From an uncultured Armatimonadia bacterium (GTDB lineage: Bacteria; Armatimonadota; Zipacnadia; CAVVLO01), in NCBI GenBank assembly GCA_963749155.1, contig CAVVLO010000005.1, positions 128,001 to 192,000 on the forward strand: a stretch of DNA of 64,000 nucleotides, given 5' to 3'. The number at the start of each line of letters is the position of its first letter. The stretch's first letter is position 1. The notes beneath the pieces are model-generated. The model had not been told where the DNA came from and made no database searches. It was given only the letters and a program-made list of their open reading frames with translations. Of the stretch, positions 60,112 to 64,000 are shown one piece after another. The translations under genes and the position numbers were made by a program.

Positions 60112-62695
60112 ATGCGCGCACTTGCAATCATCGGCTTGATACTGGCCGCCTGGCTGGCGTTTGTTCCTGCTGTGGCTTTGGGACAGCGACTGCAGGCCTC
60201 ACTTGATGGCGACTGGCGGGTAGTCCTGGACGCTGAAAACACAGGGCTTGAGCAGCAGTGGTGGCTGGCTTTCCCTGCCAAAAGCGCCGAAGCTGTCTCT
60301 GCGCCTTTCTGCCTTGCCGAATATCGCTTTGCGACGGCTTACCGGGGCATCGCCTGGGCCAGACGCGATTTCACAGCCACTACGGCTTTACTGGGCAAGC
60401 GAGTGTGTCTGGTATTTGATTCGGCAGGTTGGCAACTAGACTGCTGGCTCAACGGGCAGGAGCTGGGTTCGCATCAGGGCGACCTTGGCGAGGTAGCTTT
60501 CGAGGTTACCAAGTACCTCAACTACGGGGGACCCAATCAGCTTGTCGTGCGCCTTGCGCCTCGCGAGGGGGGAGAGGGACTGGTCGGGCTTTACGGTTCA
60601 ACCTGGCTAGAGGGCACTGCTGCTGTCCAAATTGCTGCTCTCAAAGCTGCCTCGGATGCAGAGGGCAAGTTGCAGGTGTCCGTGCAGGTGGATAATCCTT
60701 TTGAAGTCGCCAGGACTGCGACTCTAAGCTTTACGGTGACCGATCCAGAAACGAAGACCGAGGTCGCAACAGCCCAGGTGAAGCTGACCGCCGAACCGGG
60801 TCTTTCAGAAACTCAAACAGAGCTCCTGCTGCCTTCGCCAACCCTCTGGAGTCCACTCAGGCCCTTCCTCTACAGGCTGGATGTGACTCTTGTGGACGAA
60901 GCTGGCGCCCAGGATTCATTGGATTTTGCCCTTGGCGCGTGCGATTTTGGGCAGGCAGACGGCCATTTTGTGCTGAATGGCAAGCCTTTGCCCCTGATAT
61001 CCGCCGAAATTGCGCCTTATTTCCCGGGCAGCTTCCGCAGAGCGCCGACGCCAGATTTTTGTGCAGCGCAGGTGGCGGCACTGAAAAAGACAGGCTTTAA
61101 CTGTCTTGCCGTGGAAGCGGCTTATGCCCCCAAAGAGCTGCTTGAGGCGGCCGATAAGCAGGGCCTTCTGGTACTGGTCAGGCCGGGCCCAGGCGAATCT
61201 GCCCAAAACCTTAACGAACAATTTGCTAATCATCCCGCTTTTGTGGCCTGGCTGCTGTCACCAGAGCAAGTTGAAGCCGGGGCCTTCGACGCTGGCCTTG
61301 ATCCGGCCAGGCTCAGGCTACTGGATACAGCCCTTCCAGTGGTAGAGGCAGGAGGGATGACCAATCTGCCCTCGGTGCTGGAAGCCTTCGGCAATCGCAA
61401 GTGGCTGCCCGATTATCTTTCCCTGAAAGCTGCCTACGAGGCAGCGGGGGAGAGCTGGCAGAGTGAGCGGCCTTGGCGAATTGTTTGGCACTTTGCCTGG
61501 ACTAGCTTCGGCCTTGCAGCGCGACCAGGGGCGCAGGCTAACCAGCAGCAGATTGACCAACTACGCGCGAGCACCGACTTTGCGGGCTACAGGCTGCGCT
61601 GGTGGCAAGACAATCCTGTAAACTGGACAAGTGGCCTGGTCGACCCCTGGGGCCAGCCTAAAGCCAGTGGCGCCCTGACGCGTGAAGCTAACCAGCCTGT
61701 GCGAGTGCTGCTCTCCACCTCGGCCGCGGCCCTCTGGCAAGGCCAGCCGGTGATGTACCAGGTGCAGATTGCCAACCTGGGACAGGACGCAGGCCCTGCA
61801 GAACTGCTGCTAACCTTCGAAAGTCCAAAGGGCAAAGTGCTGGAAGAACGGATGGTGCCGACTTTTCTTGAACCCAAAACACCAGTGAAACTGGTCACCG
61901 AGGGCGACCTGAGACTGACGACAGAGCCAGGCCAGTGTCGCCTGCTAGCGCGACTCTCCCAGGCGGGGAAGGAAATAGCCCGAACTGAGGCGCCACTGGT
62001 AGTGGTGGCCTCCGAGTCGCCTCCGGCCTCTCGAGTGCTTGTCCTGGATTATGGAAGCGACCTGCTACCGGCGCTCCAGAGGGCAGGCTACAACGCGGCA
62101 GAATTTGCAGACATAGATGATATCCAGGGCGCCAAACTTGCTCTCGTAGGCGCTCTGCCCGGACTTGCTGGCTGACCGCGACGCCTTCCGCAAGCTTGCG
62201 CAACTGAAGCTTTTTGCCGAAAACGGCGGAGTGGTATTTTTCACCTTGCCGGTTCGAGCTGACCTGGCCACCCAGGCGCTCGGGCTTCAGGCGCCAGAGG
62301 CCGCTGCCGATCCTGCGGCTTTGCCTCACTATCTGCGCAAGCATCCTCTGCTGGAAGGCCTGGCGCCAGGAGGGCTGGCGGGTCCAGAGCTGGACTCACT
62401 GTTTGGTCAGACGCTGATTGGCGCTTCGGGCGTTTCGCTTCTGGGCACTCTCAGTACCGATGGCACCACGCCAGGCGCCTGCCTGCTACTGCAACAGGTG
62501 GAGAAGGGCGGGTTGCTCTGGCACAGCCTGAATTTGCCTCAACCTGGCCGCGAGGGGCCTATCGCCCAGTTGCTTTGGAGCAACCTGGTGAAGTGGTCGG
62601 CTACTCTGGAAGTCTCTCCGGTCACGGTAGACCAGGATGCGCGGGGCGTCAGGCGCTTCGAGGCGGAACTGAGACGGCTTCAGGCTGACCGCTAG
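60112..62695 (+). CDS. secreted GH2-like protein, degenerate (~860 aa; +1 indel near 62165)
   Basis: Signal peptide; SLDGDW, WLNGQELGSH, LWSPLRPFLY, FVLNGKP, GFN, NHPAFVAW, SGLVDPW; continues into ORF 62165-62695. Confidence 0.75.
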
Positions 62696-63348
62696 AAGAG
62701 CCCTAACTGGCCGGGTTCTTCTTCGCGCACAGGTTCGGTGGCTTCAGGGATTGGCGGGGCGACTTCCGATTTCGGGCGAGGCGCTGGTTCGCCCGTTAGC
62801 AAGCGGCGCAAGGCGTCAAAATCGCCTTCGAGAGCTTCCATAGGCACTGTTTCGCGCAGGATGGCGGCTGGATGGAAGACGGGCAGATAGGTGATGCCCT
62901 CTTTCTCGAGAGGCACTCCATGCTGCCTGGTGATTCGGAAGTCGGGGGAGAGCAAGGTTTTGGCTGCCGGCGAGCCGATGCACACGATGATCTCAGGCTG
63001 GATGGCGGCTATCTGAGCGATGAGCCAGTCATTGCAGGCGGCTATCTCTTCGGTGGTAGGAGTGCGGTTGCCAGGGGGCCTGCACTTGACCACATTGGTG
63101 ATGAAGACCTCCTCGCGCCTGAGCCCAGCCCGAGCGAGCAGCTTGTCGAGGAGTTGCCCTGCGGCTCCAACAAAGGGCCTGCCGCTTTCATCTTCCTGGG
63201 CGCCAGGTCCTTCGCCAATAAGCATTACGCGGGCATCAGAGGCGCCTTCCCCTGGCACGGCCTGGGTCCTGCCCTGGGCAAGCGGGCAGCGTTCGCATTT
63301 GCAGATAGCCAGGGCCAGCCTGGCCAGCAGTTCACTCGAGAAGGCCAA
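62692..63348 (-). CDS. uracil-DNA glycosylase family 4 (Fe-S)
   Basis: CERCPL, IGEGPG..ED..GRPFVG, NVVKCRPPGNR, HPAA. Confidence 0.95.
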   Translation of the reverse strand: MAFSSELLARLALAICKCERCPLAQGRTQAVPGEGASDARVMLIGEGPGAQEDESGRPFVGAAGQLLDKLLARAGLRREEVFITNVVKCRPPGNRTPTTEEIAACNDWLIAQIAAIQPEIIVCIGSPAAKTLLSPDFRITRQHGVPLEKEGITYLPVFHPAAILRETVPMEALEGDFDALRRLLTGEPAPRPKSEVAPPIPEATEPVREEEPGQLGLF

Positions 63349-64000
63349 GCCCTTCCATCACCTTGCGCACCGTGGCTGCCGTTTTCTCATCCAGCGGCAC
63401 TAGTGGCTGCCTGTAGTAGACCGGCTGGTCCATTATAAGCCCGAGGGCATATTTTACAGGGACCGGATTGACGCTGGTCTTGGGGAAGAGCACCTGATAG
63501 ACGGGCGAGATATCCTGGTTGATGCGCGCGGCGGCCTCTACCTGGCCGGCGGCGAACAGCTTCACCATTGCAGCCATCTCGCGCCCTACGATATGCGAGG
63601 CTACACTGATGATGCCATAACCCCCAACCGCCATCACGGGGAGGGTGTCCGCGTCATTACCGCTCCAGACGATGAAATCTTCGATGTCGCGCGTCAGCCG
63701 GCAGACTTCGGTTATCTGACCAAGCTGGCCGCTGGCTTCTTTGGCGCCGCGGATGTTGGGAGTAGCCTCGGCGCAGCGCAGCACGGTCTCCGCTTCGACA
63801 TTGCAGGCGGTGCGGCCGGGCACATTGTAGATGGTACAAGGGAGGCTGGTAGCCCTGGCAATGGCCGCGAAATGCTGAAAAAGCCCTTCCTGGGGCGGCC
63901 TGTTGTAATAGGGTGTGACCATCAGGATGCCATCGGCGCCGACCGCTTCTGCCTTTTCGGTAAGCTCAATCGAGCCCTGCGTGTTGTTGCTGCAGGTGCC
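63332..64000 (-). CDS. dapA: 4-hydroxy-tetrahydrodipicolinate synthase (5' end outside window)
   Basis: Frame open to the window edge (GTCSNNT); VTPYYN.P, YNVPGRT, KEASG, SGND, NPVPVK. Confidence 0.95.
   Translation of the reverse strand, partial: GTCSNNTQGSIELTEKAEAVGADGILMVTPYYNRPPQEGLFQHFAAIARATSLPCTIYNVPGRTACNVEAETVLRCAEATPNIRGAKEASGQLGQITEVCRLTRDIEDFIVWSGNDADTLPVMAVGGYGIISVASHIVGREMAAMVKLFAAGQVEAAARINQDISPVYQVLFPKTSVNPVPVKYALGLIMDQPVYYRQPLVPLDEKTAATVRKVMEGLGLLE

Overview
A 64 kb GC-rich bacterial chromosomal segment, almost entirely coding, with about 55 genes. I found no tRNA, rRNA, CRISPR array, transposase or phage genes. Housekeeping content: the end of a dcw cluster (murC-murB-ftsQ-DUF881-sbp-ftsA, with no ftsZ following), the TIGR03960/TIGR03936 radical-SAM pair plus RNase E/G, glyQS-dgt, purMH, smpB, dusB-coaX, tsaE-tsaB-rimI-tsaD, family-4 UDG and dapA. 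Accessory content: (i) an envelope-signalling set of two ECF sigma factors, three membrane-anchored zf-HC2 anti-sigmas, an RseB/MucB-like protein and an M48 protease; one anti-sigma is an orphan with two zinc fingers, placed in front of a ~1050-aa repeat-containing, beta-barrel-like exported protein; (ii) an alpha-glucan cluster, GalT-like - PocR/GAF/GAF kinase - receiver - glgA - GH15 - two MFS; (iii) large secreted CAZyme-like proteins (GH123/DUF4091-like, GxGYxYP, degenerate GH2-like). About 13 genes, including the essential glyS, are split by single-base indels, mostly +1 in short runs; these are best read as sequencing/assembly errors. Correcting them reveals a hidden 86-aa gene at 28815-29076 and a different C-terminus for the anti-sigma at 48199-48731. 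Terrabacterial dcw genes together with diderm-type envelope proteins suggest an Armatimonadota-like organism (inference only). All family assignments are from motif recognition by eye; no searches were run.
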